From Malacoraja senta (Eukaryota): 64,000 bases of DNA. The stretch is from positions 15,314,001 to 15,378,000 of the forward strand of contig CM075987.1 of assembly GCA_038087875.1 (NCBI GenBank), in the 5' to 3' direction. The translations under genes and the position numbers were made by a program. This document shows positions 12,613 through 25,899 of the stretch, piece after piece. Numbering within the stretch: position 1 is the first letter of the stretch; each line of letters opens with the position of its first letter. Under the pieces are notes generated by a model. It had not been told where the DNA came from and did no database searches. It worked only from the letters and a program-made list of their open reading frames with translations.

Positions 12613-13493
12613 CAACGTGGGAGGGGGAAGATTTAATAGGAACCTGAGGGGCAACTTTTTCACACATAAGGTGTCTTGGTGCAGGTGACAAAAATAAACC
12701 GACACCAAGGCACCACTATCTGCGAAATATTGGCTGGATATCTGGGGGAGGGTCACTGACTGCTCTGTCTGGCTCGGTTGACCCATAATCTGGAGATATC
12801 AAACTAGAGAAGCAGAACAATGAATTTTAATTAGAAAACAATGCTTTGCACTTACATTCCCATACAAATGACTCGTACCAAATTGCAATTGTATCAATTT
12901 CCACTTTATCTTTCCAGCAGCATATTTTGTTTGACATGTAGACTAGTTTTGGTGAATCCCAGCATTAGTATTGGTGTATCAAGGTCATGGAGTCATACAG
13001 CATGGAAACAGACTCTTTGGCCAAACTTGCCATGCCAACCAAGATGCTGCATTTATGCTAATCCCATTTACCTGTGTTTGGCCCACATCCTTTGAAACTT
13101 TTCAAATCCATGTACCTGTCCAAATGTCTTTTAAGTATTGCTCTTGTACCTGCCTCGACTACGTCCTCTGGTAGCTCGTTACACCTTATGTGTGAAAAAG
13201 TTGCCCCTCAGGTTCCTATTAAATCTTCCCCCTCCCACGTTAAAGCCAACCTCTCTATTTCATGGTTCTACTACCCTGTCAAAAAGATTCTGTACATTCG
13301 CCCTGTCTATTCCCCTCATGCTTTTAAACTTGTTCCTGCACGGCTACTCAGCCTTGTTTCCACACCGGAGTGTGTGTGCTGCTTAACCCTTGCATCCCCA
13401 ATGTCATACTGAAGATACCGACGGTAACTGTTCCTCCATCGAAGGGTTGCATGTAGTCCTAGTAAAATGTCGGTTCTCGCTTTCCATTTGCAG

Positions 13494-13645
13494 TCCCACC
13501 GGTGATCTCAGCAGTTTTGGACAAGGTCTCCGTCCTTCTGAACGAACATGTGGACCTCCAATGTGAGGCTGCAGGGGTCCCTGAGCCGACAGTGACGTGG
13601 TTGAAAGATGAAACTCTTGTCATTATGATGAGTGAAAGGCTGAAG
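13494..13645 (+). CDS. HMCN2: Hemicentin exon (VPPVISAV...WLKDETLVIMMSERLK), phase 1-0
   Basis: ttgcag|TC; AAG|gtcggt (weak donor). Confidence 0.92.
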
Positions 13646-14675
13646 GTCGGTGGAGTTTGTTTTCCCAGATCTGAATTGATGGGTGATAGTTGGGTACACC
13701 AATGTGCATGTTTCTCATGAAGTAGATATCTCAAACAGGTTACAAGCTACCAGTGCCAGCATTGAACAGTAAACCTCAGAACCCACCTTGTCTCTCCTGA
13801 AGTAGCTGGTTGACAGTCTAGAGTGTTTAGTTTAGAGATACTGCATGGAAACAGGCCCTTCCGAGTCCACGCCAGCCATCGATCACCCATTCACACTAGT
13901 TCTATATACTCCCACTTTTGCATCCACTCCCTGCACACTCAAGGCAATTTTCAGAGGCTGTCCAACCTACAAACCCGCTTGTCTTTGGGATATGGGAGGA
14001 AACCAGAGCACTCGGAGGAAACCCACGCGGTCACAGGGAGAACATACAACTCCACCGAGACAGTACCCGAGGTCAGGATCGAACCTGGTTCTCTGGCGCT
14101 GTGAGGTAACAGCACTAGCAGCTGCGTCACTGTGCTGCCCTTTAATTGTCATATATACTGACAACAGAACAATGAAACTCTTACTTGCTGCAGCTTAACT
14201 GGCCTGTAAACATAATAACACATAGATAAACATATAATAATCAAAAATACAATAAATTAATAACCGCATTGCAATATGAGTATGAGGGTGAATCTGTAGA
14301 ATTCGTTGCCACAGAAGGCTCTGGAGGCCAAGTCAGTGGATATTTTTAAGGCAGAGATAGGTATATTTTTGATTAGTACAAGTGTCAGAGGTTATGGGAA
14401 GAAGGCAGGAGAATGGGGTTAGAAGGGAGAGATAGATCAGCCATGATTGGTTGGGGGAGTAGACTTGATGGGTCGAATGGCCTAATTTGAATGGCCTAAT
14501 GTTCTATCACTTATGACCTTATTTGGCTTTGGGGGGGGGGGTTGTTTGTATTTATGTTTACCTCTTCCCGGTTTTCTCTTCTGCAACTACCTTCTTTTCA
14601 GGTGATGTGGTCGCATCCTCTTTGTACCTTGATTGTTTTTCCCGATAGAACTGCGAATGTTTTCTCCTTGTGTAG

Positions 14676-14799
14676 CTTTTCTCGAACGGCCAGATTCTGT
14701 CCTTGGCCAGCGCCCATCGTTCCGATTCAGGGACGTACACTTGCATTGCTGCAAATTCTGCTGGAGAGGACCAAGCCCAGATCCATCTGCAAGTTTATC
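14676..14799 (+). CDS. HMCN2: Hemicentin exon (LFSNGQILSL...DSGTYTC...HLQVY), phase 0-1
   Basis: gtgtag|CTT; TAT C|gtaagt. Confidence 0.92.
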
Positions 14800-15534
14800 G
14801 TAAGTGTGTCTTGAATTGAGGTTAAGATTGGGTGTAGGGAGTCGCTCCTCTCCCCTCTTCCACTTGGAGAGGCTCTGCACTCTCCTCTTTGTTGGGAGTG
14901 AACTCAGTAAATCACCACAGAGTAAGCTACAGACATGGAGTGCTGCCTGTCACCCCATCCTGAGACATCCTTTTCATAAGGTGTTAGATATTAACAGGGA
15001 ATAACTAGGGGTCCAGTGCTTGGTGGGTGCAGATTCCACTTGTTGCAAAGGTTGCAACTTTCAGCCAGATACTCTTGAACAAAGACCAAAGGGCTAGGGG
15101 AGACACAAGGAACTGCAGATGCTGGAACCTTGACCTAAACACAGTGCAGGAGGAAATCAAAAGATCACAAAGCATAGAACAGTGCAGCACCGGAGCAGGC
15201 CTTTTGATTCCACAAAGTCTCTGTCGAACATGATGCAAAGACCAACTCTTATCCTCCTGCACACGATCAATACCCCTGCGTCCCCTGCCTGTCCAAAGGC
15301 ACATAGATATGGGTCAGGCAGCATCTGTAGAGGGAATGGACAGACAATATTTCGGATTGGAACCTTTCTTCAGACCCACTGAGTTCCTGCAGCTCTCTGG
15401 GTTGTGCTCATGATTCCAGCATCCAGTGAGACACTTGCCTTTGATGGCCATGACATCACCCAAAGTTCTTTAAACAAGTTCTTTATCCGTTGACGGATCG
15501 AGCAAGGTTTATTTTTACCCGTTTTGTCTTGTAG

Positions 15535-15710
15535 TTCCACCGACCATCCTGGGGCAGGAGCAGAATGTGTCCATTACTCTGAATGGTTCTGTGAGCTTGG
15601 AGTGCCAGAGTCAAGCGGTCCCTCCACCCACCCTCACCTGGACAAAGGATGGACAACCTCTGGCCAGGCACGCTGGCCTGGTGTTCAGCCAAAACGACAG
15701 TCTCATCCAG
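15535..15710 (+). CDS. HMCN2: Hemicentin exon (LPPTILGQEQN...NDSLIQ), phase 1-0
   Basis: ttgtag|TT; CAG|gttaga. Confidence 0.93.
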
Positions 15711-15910
15711 GTTAGAATTGCCAGGGAGTCTTTGGTCTTATTATGCCTTGAGCATGAACCATGGATGATTGGGCATCTAGGAAAATAATTTGTGTTTTTG
15801 TATTGCCTTTTCACCTCAGGAAGAGCCAAATTCAAATAATTTGAGAAACATGGCAGCCAAAGATATGCACATCAAAATTCTAGAAATAACGACCAAACTA
15901 ATGGTGAGGA

Positions 15911-15980
15911 GATCAGTCTGCTGAGGCCTTGGTTGGTACAAAAAGGATCAGTCTGCTGAGACCTTGGTTGGTAAATAAAT
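15911..15980. repeat. Imperfect 35-bp tandem duplication
   Basis: gatcagtctgctgag.ccttggttggta x2. Confidence 0.85.
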
Positions 15981-16159
15981 AGGTGGATGATTTGATGCAT
16001 ACCAGGACTATCTCCATCCCTCCCCTTTCAAAATAATGTCATAGAATATCACAGGCCAAATTAGCCTGGGTTTATTGATCTGTGGGGTCGTAGAGCTGTA
16101 CAACATGGAAACGGGTCTTTTCGGCTCAAATAGTCTATGCCAATTTGGCCAATATCCCT

Positions 16160-16454
16160 AGTTTGGCCAACAGCATCGCCACAAACAGAACACGCTTTTT
16201 CAAGAGCTTCTTCCCTGCCACAGTGAGACTCTTGGCCAAAACAAAATGAACTGGTGTCCTGATCCACCTCATAACATATAGGGTTTTAGGCACTTTCTTT
16301 TTTATTTCTAGAGAAGTATATGTTTTTATAGATTATGTGTCTTTCTGTGTGTCTTTTTAACTTGACGACTTGACTCTCTGAACAACCGCACAAGAGTTCC
16401 TATGTGTGTAAGCACAAATGGCAAATAAAGTTTTTTGATTTGATTTTGATTTTG
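16160..16454 (+). mobile_element. Rex1/Babar-like 3' fragment with (TTTGA)n tail and ATATCCCT duplication
   Basis: RFFKSFFPATVRLL; duplication at 16152-59 and 16455-62. Confidence 0.75.
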
Positions 16455-17371
16455 ATATCCCTCTAAAACCTTCCTATCCATATATCTGTCCAAATGTCTT
16501 TTAAAAGTCATAATTGTATCCACTTCCACAGCTTCCTCTGGCAGCTCATTCCAGATACGGACTCCGTGAAAATGTTATGCCTGAGGTCCCTCTTGAATGG
16601 ACAAGGTGGGCCGAAGGGCCTGCTACTGTGCTGTACGACTCCATGACTTTGACTCTTTCCCCCCCCCCCAATATCAGCTCTCAATGTTCTCTTCCATGGC
16701 ACTCCAAGGTCACTTACTCCTTAACACTGTTTCATTGCATCTCCAGGTGTTTGAACCTTCAGTCAGAATGAATAATGTGGCTGAATCACTTACCTGCCCC
16801 AGTTATACTAATCTTTCAAAGATCCCCGATAAAATTCTCTGTTCCTATTCCCTGTATTATCTAGGTTGCTGGCCTCTTAATCATCATATCTCCCACCTCG
16901 CTGCACCTCCCTATCCGCCCTGTGACTAGAGTGCTATCGTTATGAAACCTTGACAGGGTGCAGGATATAGTTCTGGATATTGCGTTATGCTGTGAATTTA
17001 ACCGAAAAGCTTTGCTGAAGGATCAATGACCTGAAGTATTCACTGTTACCGCTCAACTTGTTGTGTGTTTCTATTGTTTTTGGACTTGTTTCAGATTTCC
17101 AGTGTCTGCAATCTGGCACTTTAGACCAGCTCTGTGTCATTATCTCAATACTTATTTGCTGCTCCCAGTAACGAGCTTGTGTACTCGAATAATGATGTGA
17201 AGTTCCACCATGGGCTACGTAACCCATTTTATTAAATGCCTGGGAATCTACACCCTTGCAGTTCCCAGTACGGTCTTAGGTCTCAGATTATTAGCAAGAC
17301 TCAGCACCGTTTACAAGTCAGGAGTACTTCAGCCTGAGAGAAACACTGGTCTATTTGTGTTGGTCACTTAG

Positions 17372-17468
17372 ATCAAGCGTGCTCGAGTCCAAGATGCTGG
17401 ACGCTACACCTGCAAGGCTTCGAACGATGCTGGGAAGACAGAGAAGAGCCATTACCTGAACGTGTGGG
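17372..17468 (+). CDS. HMCN2: Hemicentin exon (IKRARVQDAGRYTCKASNDAG...YLNVW), phase 0-1
   Basis: acttag|ATC; TGG G|gtgagc. Confidence 0.95.
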
Positions 17469-17792
17469 GTGAGCACAAAGTGTGTTGTACATCTGGTGGC
17501 TCAGCAGTAGAGTTGCTGCCTTACAGCGCTTGCACCGCCTGAGCCCCGGGTTCGATCCCGACTACGGGTGCTGTCTGTACGGAGTTTGTAGGTTCTCCCC
17601 GTGACCTGCATGGGTTTTCTCGGAGATTTTTTTGTTTCCTCCCACACTCCAAAGACGTACAGGTATATAGGTAAATTGGCTTGGTAAATGTAAAGATTTT
17701 CCCTAGTATGCGTAGGATAGTGTTAATATGCGTGGATCGCTGGTTGGCACGGAAACCGGTGGACTGAAGGGCCTGTTTTGACGCTGTATCTC

Positions 17793-18296
17793 AAGTCAAG
17801 AGTGTTTAATTGTTCCAGATAGAACAATGAAATTCTTACTTGCTGCAGCACAACAGAATATTTAAACATAGTACACTGTAAACAATATGATAAACGAGAG
17901 AGAAAAAAAAGTTCAGTGTGCGTACATACACATACAAATACACCTATACAGTATATATACACACACACATGCACACATACGTACACACACAAAACAAACA
18001 ATAATAGCGCAATAATAACAATAATAGTCTATTGAAGTTCAGAACTTATTTGAGATTGTAGTGTTTAATAACCTGATGGCTGAAGGGAAGAAGCTGTTCC
18101 TGAACCTGGACGTTACAGTTTTCAGGCTCCTGTACCTTCTTCCCGATGGCAGGAGTGAAGTGAGTGTGTGGCCAGGGTGGTGTGGGTCTCTGATGATGTT
18201 GGCTGCCTTTTTGAGGCAGCGACTCCGGTAAACCCCTTCGATGGTGGGGAGGCCAGAGCCGGTGATGGACTGGGCAGTGTTCACAACTATTTGCAG
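17793..18296 (-). mobile_element. Rex1/Babar-type LINE 3' fragment inserted in a SINE tail
   Basis: RCLKKAANIIRDPHHPGH.L..LLPSGRRYRSL..TSRFRNSFFPSAIRLLN. Confidence 0.85.
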
Positions 18297-20140
18297 TCTC
18301 TAAACTAGACTGAACTAAGCTAAACTAAATCTGCCTGTGTTACACGACCTCTTGAAATTCAAACAATAACTTTCCTCAATTGAATTATTTATGTTTAGAG
18401 ATACAGCGTGGAAACAGGCCCTTCAGCTCACCGAATTCGCGGTGACCAGCAATCCCCGTATACTAGCACCATCCTACACGTTAGGGACAATTTATAATGT
18501 ATACCGAAGCCAATTAACCTACAAAACTGCTTCTAAGTAGAGATAACTTTGAGGAGATTGCGCAGTGGAGCTGACAAAATGTGTAGGAAAGAACTGCAGA
18601 TGCTGGTTTAAATCGAAGGTAGACACAAATGCTGGAGTAACTCAGCGGGATAGGCAGCATCTCTGGACACGAGACGTCACCCATTCCTTCTCTCCAGAGA
18701 CGCTGCCTGTCCCACTGAGTGATTCCAGCATTTTGTGTCAACCTACAAAACTGTATGCCTTTAGAGTTGGGAGGAAATTGGAGCACCCAGGGAAAACTCA
18801 CACGGTCACGGGGAGAACGTACAAACTCTGTTCGGACAGCATCCGGGGTCAGAACCTTAACGGGGTATCTGCCGCTGTAAAGCAGCAACTCTACCGCTGC
18901 GCCACAGTGCTTCCCTTTTTGTGGGCACTCTTTTTTTTAACTTGCTTTTGACTTTCTATTTTGACTTATCCCAATAGATTGGTATTGGTAATGATTTATT
19001 ATTACCAAAAGTGTACTGAGGTGCAATGAAAAGCTTTTGTTTGCATGCTGTCCAGTCAAATCTTACTATACATGAGCACAATCAAACCATGCACAGGTAT
19101 ATATAAAAGAAAAATACCAGAGTATAATGTTTCCCTGTTGTAGTGTCACAGTTACGGAGAAAAAAGCGCAACGTCCGCAATAAGGTAGGTTGGAAGAAAG
19201 GGACAATCCATCTTCCAGTAGACTGATAACAGTGGGAAAGAAATTGTTCCTGAATCTGGTGGTTTGCACTTTCAACCTTAGGTATCTTCTGCCTGACAGG
19301 AGAGGGGAGAAGGGGGAATGACGGGGTGAAAAAGATCCTTGAAAGGGTGGGTGAATGGCTGGAACCCCTTATTTCAGGAAGGGTAGAGGCTATTTTAGGA
19401 GCACACTCTAAAGTGGGAATGAACAGGAGAGGCGTTCCACTGGTGTTCTTATCTCTCCATGATGCATTACATATCTGGGTGAAAAGGATATTTGAGTCTG
19501 AAGGAGGAACCTGACATGAAACGTCATCTGTCCAATCCCTCCACAGATGCTGCCTGACCCACTGAGTTCCTCCAGCACTTTGCGATTTGCTCAAGATGCC
19601 AGCCTCTGCAGTTCCTTTTGGCTCCACAACCGATTCATTAGTGTTCTTACCTGGCCTGACTGATAAGTTTCTTTTGATCCACAAGAATTCACTCTGAAAT
19701 GGCCGAGCATGCCCACAGTTAAAATGCTCAAATACTGAGTTGACAGTGGCGTCTGTGACCTGCGAGTGAATATTCTTTACAGTAAATGTAAAAGGAAATG
19801 TTAACAGGGCATCGGTTTTAGTTTAGTTTAGTTTAGCGATACAGTGCGGAGACTGGCCCTTTGGCCCAGCGAGTTCGCACTGACCAGTGATCCCCGCACA
19901 TTAACACTATCCTACCCCTGCCTAGGTACAATTTACACTTATACCAAGTCAATTAACCTACAAACCTGTATGTCATTGTGATTCTGCCTGATTCCAATAG
20001 TGTAATTTTAACAAGAACAGGGCCAGGCCCACAGCTTCCGGTTGCTTTGTTGAGGAATCCATGAGTTTAGTCAGCAGATAATGAAGAGGATTGGACTCAA
20101 TTCCCATGTGAGAACATTATAGATGTCAAGCTAGGTTTGT

Positions 20141-20447
20141 ATCATAGAAACATAGAAAATAGGTACAGGAGTCGGCCATTCGGCCCTTCGAGCCAGCACC
20201 GCCATTCAATATGATCATGGCTGATTATCCAAAATCAGTACTCCGTTCCTGCTTTCTCCCCATATCCCTTGATTCCATTAGCCTTGAGAGCTAAATCTAA
20301 CTCTCTCTTGAAAACATCCAGTGAATTGGCCTCCACTGCCTCTGTGGCAGAGAATTCCACAAATTCACAACACTCTGGGTGAAAAGGTTTTTCTTCATCT
20401 CAGTCTTAAATGGCCTACCCCTTTTTCTTAAACTGTGACCCCTGGTT
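20141..20447 (-). mobile_element. CR1 3' fragment
   Basis: catagaaacatagaaa tail; FTQSVVNLWNSLP. Confidence 0.85.
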
Positions 20448-20967
20448 TGTCTGACGGGCTTGCAGTTTTTAAAAAAAGTACACAAAGTGCTGTAGTATCT
20501 CAGCGGGTCGTGCAGTGTCCCTGGGGAACTTGGATCAGTAGAAACCTGGAGAAGCGTAGGATTAATGGGCTTCCACTTTGCTGTGTCTGGGAAACATTGT
20601 CATCTCCAGGTGCTGGCAAAGGAGAGAGAGTTGATCTCTGTTCACTATATGCTGATCCAGCCATGGTGTGCACTTGTAATGCAGACAATCAGACTGTATG
20701 GGATGGCTTGTTGCTTTTGGAGACACCAGGAACTCCAGATGCAGCAACTTGAGCAAAACATCAGGTGCTGGAAGAACTCATCATGTCTGGCTGCATCTGT
20801 GGAGGGAATGAACAGACCCTTCTCAGATCAGGACCCTTCTTCAGGCTGATAGATTAGGCGGAAGGAAGAGGTGGGAATGGGGTCAATGCCTGAGAGTGAT
20901 GGGTAGATACAAGCGAGGAGTGGGGGTTTGATTACAGATGGGTGGTGTCAGTGACAAAGGCCTGTGT

Positions 20968-21271
20968 TTAGTTTTGTTTTGTTTTGAGATACAGCGCGGA
21001 AACAGGCCCACCGGGTCCACGCCGGCCAGCAATCCCCGCATATTAACACTATCCTACACCCACTAGGGACAATTTTTACATTTTACCAAGCCAATTAACC
21101 TACAAACCTGTACGTCTTTGGAGTGTGGAAGGAAACCGAAGATCTCGGAGAAAACCTATGCAAGTCACGGGGAGAACGTACAAACTCCGTACAGACGGCA
21201 CCCGTAGTCGGGATCGAACCTGGGTCTCCGGCGCTGAAAGCGCTGTAAGGCAGCAACTCTACCGCTGCGCC
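20968..21271 (-). mobile_element. HE1/V-SINE-type element, well preserved
   Basis: Intact B box (GGTTCGATCCC on minus) and tRNA-like head. Confidence 0.9.
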
Positions 21272-21669
21272 CTTGGTGGCATCAATCAATGGCTAAAACA
21301 CTTCAACATTATGGAACATTTGGCCTCACTGTGCAGACATTGCATTAGTCAGTCACATATCTGGACTTGACGGCCACCATAAGTGAAAGGAGACTGATTC
21401 GTTGATTTGTCTCCCTGACAGAGGGATGAAAATGAAACGCACGATATCTGGTGATGTTGTGAAACTGGGCAATAAGTCACAAAGGTCAAGCTAATTGTGA
21501 TGGTTAAATGTGCTTCTGATCGAAAATGAAAACCAGACCATATTCCATGACACATTGTGAAGGTCAGCAGCTGTTTTGGCGATCAAAGCCACATCTGCGC
21601 AGTGCATTGCGTGAGAGATCAGCATTGTTTTTTCCTAATCGCATTCTTTGCGTCTATTCTGGGAAAACC

Positions 21670-22285
21670 GTCAAGGGGGTGGGTACATCGTCAGTCAGGG
21701 AATTGAGTACAGACATTGGGACGTTATGCTACAGTTGTACAAAACGTTGGCGTTCTTGGAATGTTGTGTTCAGTTTTGCTTGCCCTGCTATAAGAAAGAT
21801 GTCATTATGCTGGAAAGAGCACAGAAATAATTTACGAGGATGTTGCTAGGACTCGAGGTTCTGAGCCGTAGGGAAAGGTTGGGCAGGCTCGGACTCTATT
21901 CCTTGGCGGGCAGGAGGCTGAGGAGTGATCTTGCAGGGGTGTATAAATCCATGAGAGGAATAGATAGGATGCACAGAGTCTTTTCACCCAGGGTAGGGGA
22001 ACCAAGAACTAGAGGAGATAGATTTAAGGTGAGAATGGAAAGATTTAACAGGGAACTGAGGGGCAACTTTTTCACACAAAAGGTGGTGGGTATATGGAAC
22101 GAACTGCCAGAGGAAGTAGTTGAGACAGGTGCAATAGCAACATTTAAAATACATTTGGACAGGTACATGGATAGAAAAGGTGCAGAGGCATATGGCCAAA
22201 CACAGCCAAATGGAACTAGCTTCGATGGGCATCTTGGTCGGCAAGGATGAGTTGAGACAAAGGGCCTGTTACATTCTATAAGACT
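21670..22285 (+). mobile_element. CR1 3' fragment (second subfamily)
   Basis: LGLYSL..RRLRSDL..VYK; FFTQKVVGIWNELP. Confidence 0.85.
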
Positions 22286-23338
22286 CTTTAATGAATACCT
22301 GTGTTATAAATGTTCTGTGATTTGGTAAATAGAACATTATCAGTGCAAAATGGCTTGGGTTTCAGTGAGGTTCAATCCACCTGCAATGTTATGTGGGAAA
22401 GAAGGGACAGATACCAGACATGTTCCACAGATGCTGCAGGAAGGGGGAGGAGAGAAAGTTGGTGGAATGGCCAGTGCATGGACAGAGTTTTGTGTGGCCA
22501 TTGTCATGCGGTCAGCCAGGGAATGGAAAGCGATGGCAGAGGTCACCAACAACGGAAAATATTCACGTGTTCAATCGGGGGGGAAAAAAAGATTTGTGGA
22601 TACCGGCGTACATTTAATGAGAGAATCTTTGCAAAAAGCACTGACAACAATTGTCAGAACAAATCTATTTGCATCGTGGCAAAATGGGAATGAATTGCAC
22701 AGTGATGGTGAGCAAGAGAGAGAGGGAATAATGGAGGAAGGGAAGGGGGGGAAATAATGCAGCCAAGAGGTAGCGACTATCAGGCTCTTGAGCACAGAAC
22801 AACAATAACCTCAGCAACTATGATCACACACGGACTGTCTCTTTGGTTGCACTACAGACTTCAGATTTGCACTACTATGGTGGCATAGTATTAAAATTAT
22901 TAATTTATTGTATGATTGATTATCATATATTTAGCGGTATTATTGTGTTAACGAGCCTGTTAAGCTGCAGCAAGAAAGAATTTCAGTTTGTTCTATTGTT
23001 AGTACAGTTAAACACTCTTGACTCTAAATCCAGTCAAATTCTACTTTTTGCTCACCATAATCTTCTCTACTCCTTATCTTAAGCTGCAGCAACTAAGAAT
23101 TTCATTGTTCTGTTGCTGGTACAGACGCACTTTTGATTTAGTGAAGGATGGGAGAGGGTGAAAACGGGAAGGGGAAAAGGGAGTGAATAAAGGAAAGCAG
23201 AATGAACGGCAGACAAATGAGAGGATGCAGTGGTTGGTGGGGAAAGGGGACAACTTTTGAGGCCCGGTAAAAGAACAGGTGAAATGTGGTCTGTTCTGAT
23301 GGACTTGCTCTGATGAAATGTTTTGAAATATTTTGCAG

Positions 23339-23461
23339 TGCCACCATCGTTTCACCAATCAATGGACCAGACATCTGTCACGGTGATCGAGGGAAACTCC
23401 TTGAGTTTGTTTTGTGAATGCAGTGGGATTCCATCTCCCCGCCTCCAGTGGTGGAAGAATG
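23339..23461 (+). CDS. HMCN2: Hemicentin exon (VPPSFHQS...LFCECSGIPSPRLQWWKN), phase 1-1
   Basis: ttgcag|TG; AAT G|gtaagc. Confidence 0.93.
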
Positions 23462-24841
23462 GTAAGCAGATGGATTCACTGGCTTGTATCTCAGTTAGTT
23501 GACCCTGGAATCAGGCAGCATCTTTTCGTCTACCTTTCCCATCCTAATGTCAAACTTTACTGGGATGTGAATTGTACTCTTTGGTTGATTGAAAGATACA
23601 GCGTGGGAGCCCACCAAGTCCACACTGATCAACCATTGATCAACCGTACACGCTAGTTCTATCTATCCCACTTCCTCAACCTCTCCCTACACACTAGGGG
23701 CCATTTACAGAGACCAATTAACTTGTAAACCCCCCCAAGTCTTTGAGACGTGGGAAGAAACCGGAATTCCCGGAGGAAACCCATGCCATCACGGGGAGAA
23801 CGTGCAGACTCCACACAGACGGCAGCCGAGGCCAGGATCAAACCCGGGTCTCTGGTGCTGTGAGGCAGTGACTCTACCCGCTGTGCCACTGCACTGCCCT
23901 TTTGATTGCAGCAGAACAAGACAGGCAGGCAAGGTGTTGCATTAACCTGGAGCAAAGACTCTTCTTAGAGACATTAATTGTTTAGCTCGTGGCTTGAACA
24001 GCTCCCTTCCTTTCCCCCTCCCCCTCCCCACCCTCTTCACCCTCCAAGCAACCTGCCGGGTTCTTTCAAGGAAATATATCTTCTGGTAACATTGTCCAAG
24101 TTTGTAAACCAATATTAGTGGAGGGTGCAGTAAATGTGAGTGAGATGAAAACTGGTGAGTTGCCAAATTCCTCCCAATCTTTGGGACTAAGCAAGTTGTT
24201 TTTTATCTTTTGTACATCTCTGTGGTGCCTTTGCTGCAGTTTACAGACTTGGGCCCAGTGCACCTCGCTAAGACGTGGCAGATTTCATCCCGTTGCCATT
24301 TGACTTGCCAAGAAGGTCAAGGGACTCCTCCTCCTCTACTCCATAAAAATCTGCTCAGTTGCCCTATTGCCCTTTTGTCCCCCTTCCCAAGGTCCCGGAG
24401 TAGCGGCAGAATTGTTAAGATGTATGACGTACTCCATACACATCATTCATTTTCCGTGTCCACGCCAACCATCAATAACCCATTCACACTAGTTCTATGT
24501 TATACCACCATCACTTCCACTGCCTACACACTGGGGGGGGGGGGGGGGGGGGGGATTTACAGAGGCCAATCAACTTACAAACATGCATGTCTTTGGGATG
24601 TGGGAGTAAACTGGGAGCACCCGGAGGAAATCCACGCGGTCAAAGGGAGAATGTACAAACCCCACACAAACAGCATCCGAGGTCAGGGTAGATCCCGGCT
24701 CTCTGGCGCTGTGAGGCAGCAGCTCTACCAGCTGTGGCTGATGCTTTTTTCATGCAGATGACAAGCGATGAAGTTCCATTCAATAGTCACATCGTAAATT
24801 ATATTTTTACCACAAAAAAAAAACATGTTTTTGTTTGGATA

Positions 24842-25220
24842 TGGTAGCATAGTGATTAAAATGCTGGACTGGTATCAAGAGACTTGGATTGATCCAAGTT
24901 CACGAGTGGAAATCTACACGACAGCTAGAGAATTTAAATTCAGATGATTTAATCAACATGGAATGAAAATTCGGTATTGGGTCTTGCAGCTGATTCTAAT
25001 GGTTTGCTGTAAAACAAGCTAAAGCACTGCCGTGGTTCAGGGAAGGAAATGTACAGACCTCACATGGTCTGGTCTATATGTGACTCCAGTCCAAGGTAAA
25101 ATGGTTGACATTTAACTGCTCTCTGAAATGGCCAGCTATTTACTCTGGAATCTATTTTGGATGAACAATAAATACCAGCGTTGCCAACAACTCATAGACA
25201 TCCTGTAAACGATTAAGTGA
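24842..25220 (+). mobile_element. Old degraded tRNA-derived SINE (different family)
   Basis: ggtagcatagtg head; cagggaaggaaat..ggtctgg..atgtgactccag..ctgaaatggcc core recalled from shark SINEs. Confidence 0.45.
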
Positions 25221-25737
25221 AGAATCAACTTGGCTAAAGACTAAATGTCAGAGGAACGATTATGGAAGTGATGTTCATTGTCAAATGCTTGGGAATCTGT
25301 GTAGGAATCTTCTCTGTCCACAGTCGCTGCAGGTTATCTGGGCTTGAATATAATGGATCTGAGAGGATATAATGTCAAAATTTGGGAGTTTAGTCAACTA
25401 TTTGGGAGTCTAGAAAACTATCAACCTCTTCTTCACGAGGATAAGACTGGGGTTGGTCTGATGTGACTTTGAAGAAAGGCTGTGCTGGTCACTGGTGAGA
25501 CCACACTTGGAGTACTGTGCGCAGTTCTGGTTGTTGTGCCATAGGAAATATGTCAATAAGTTGAAAATGAGGAGATATAATAAAGGAATTCAGTTTAATG
25601 AACAGTGAATATGACCAAACCAATTCTATTGAGGCGTGAAATTATCAAAAGAGGGTATAAATTATATTTGCAAATGACGAACTTTCCAGTGTATTTTCTG
25701 AATATTATATGTTCTCTGTTCTGACCATCTACCACAG

Positions 25738-25899
25738 GGCTGCTCCTCACTTCAGAGGACAATGGTCGCATTAATGTCCATTCAGGAAGGCAAATGCTGC
25801 GAATATTAGGCACTCGGATATCGGACAGTGGAAACTATACCTGTGTGGGGACCAACCTGGCTGGGACTAGCTCACAGGACTACAGCGTGGAGGTATATG
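25738..25899 (+). CDS. HMCN2: Hemicentin exon (GLLLTSED...DSGNYTC...SVEVY), phase 1-1
   Basis: ccacag|GG; TAT G|gtgagt. Confidence 0.94.

Noticed and set aside
22350-22757. 135-aa ORF as a nested gene
   Set aside because: No motif similarity or convincing splice/Kozak context.
24533-24554. Poly-G run as a functional G-quadruplex
   Set aside because: Homopolymer expansion within a SINE; similar runs occur elsewhere and are error-prone.
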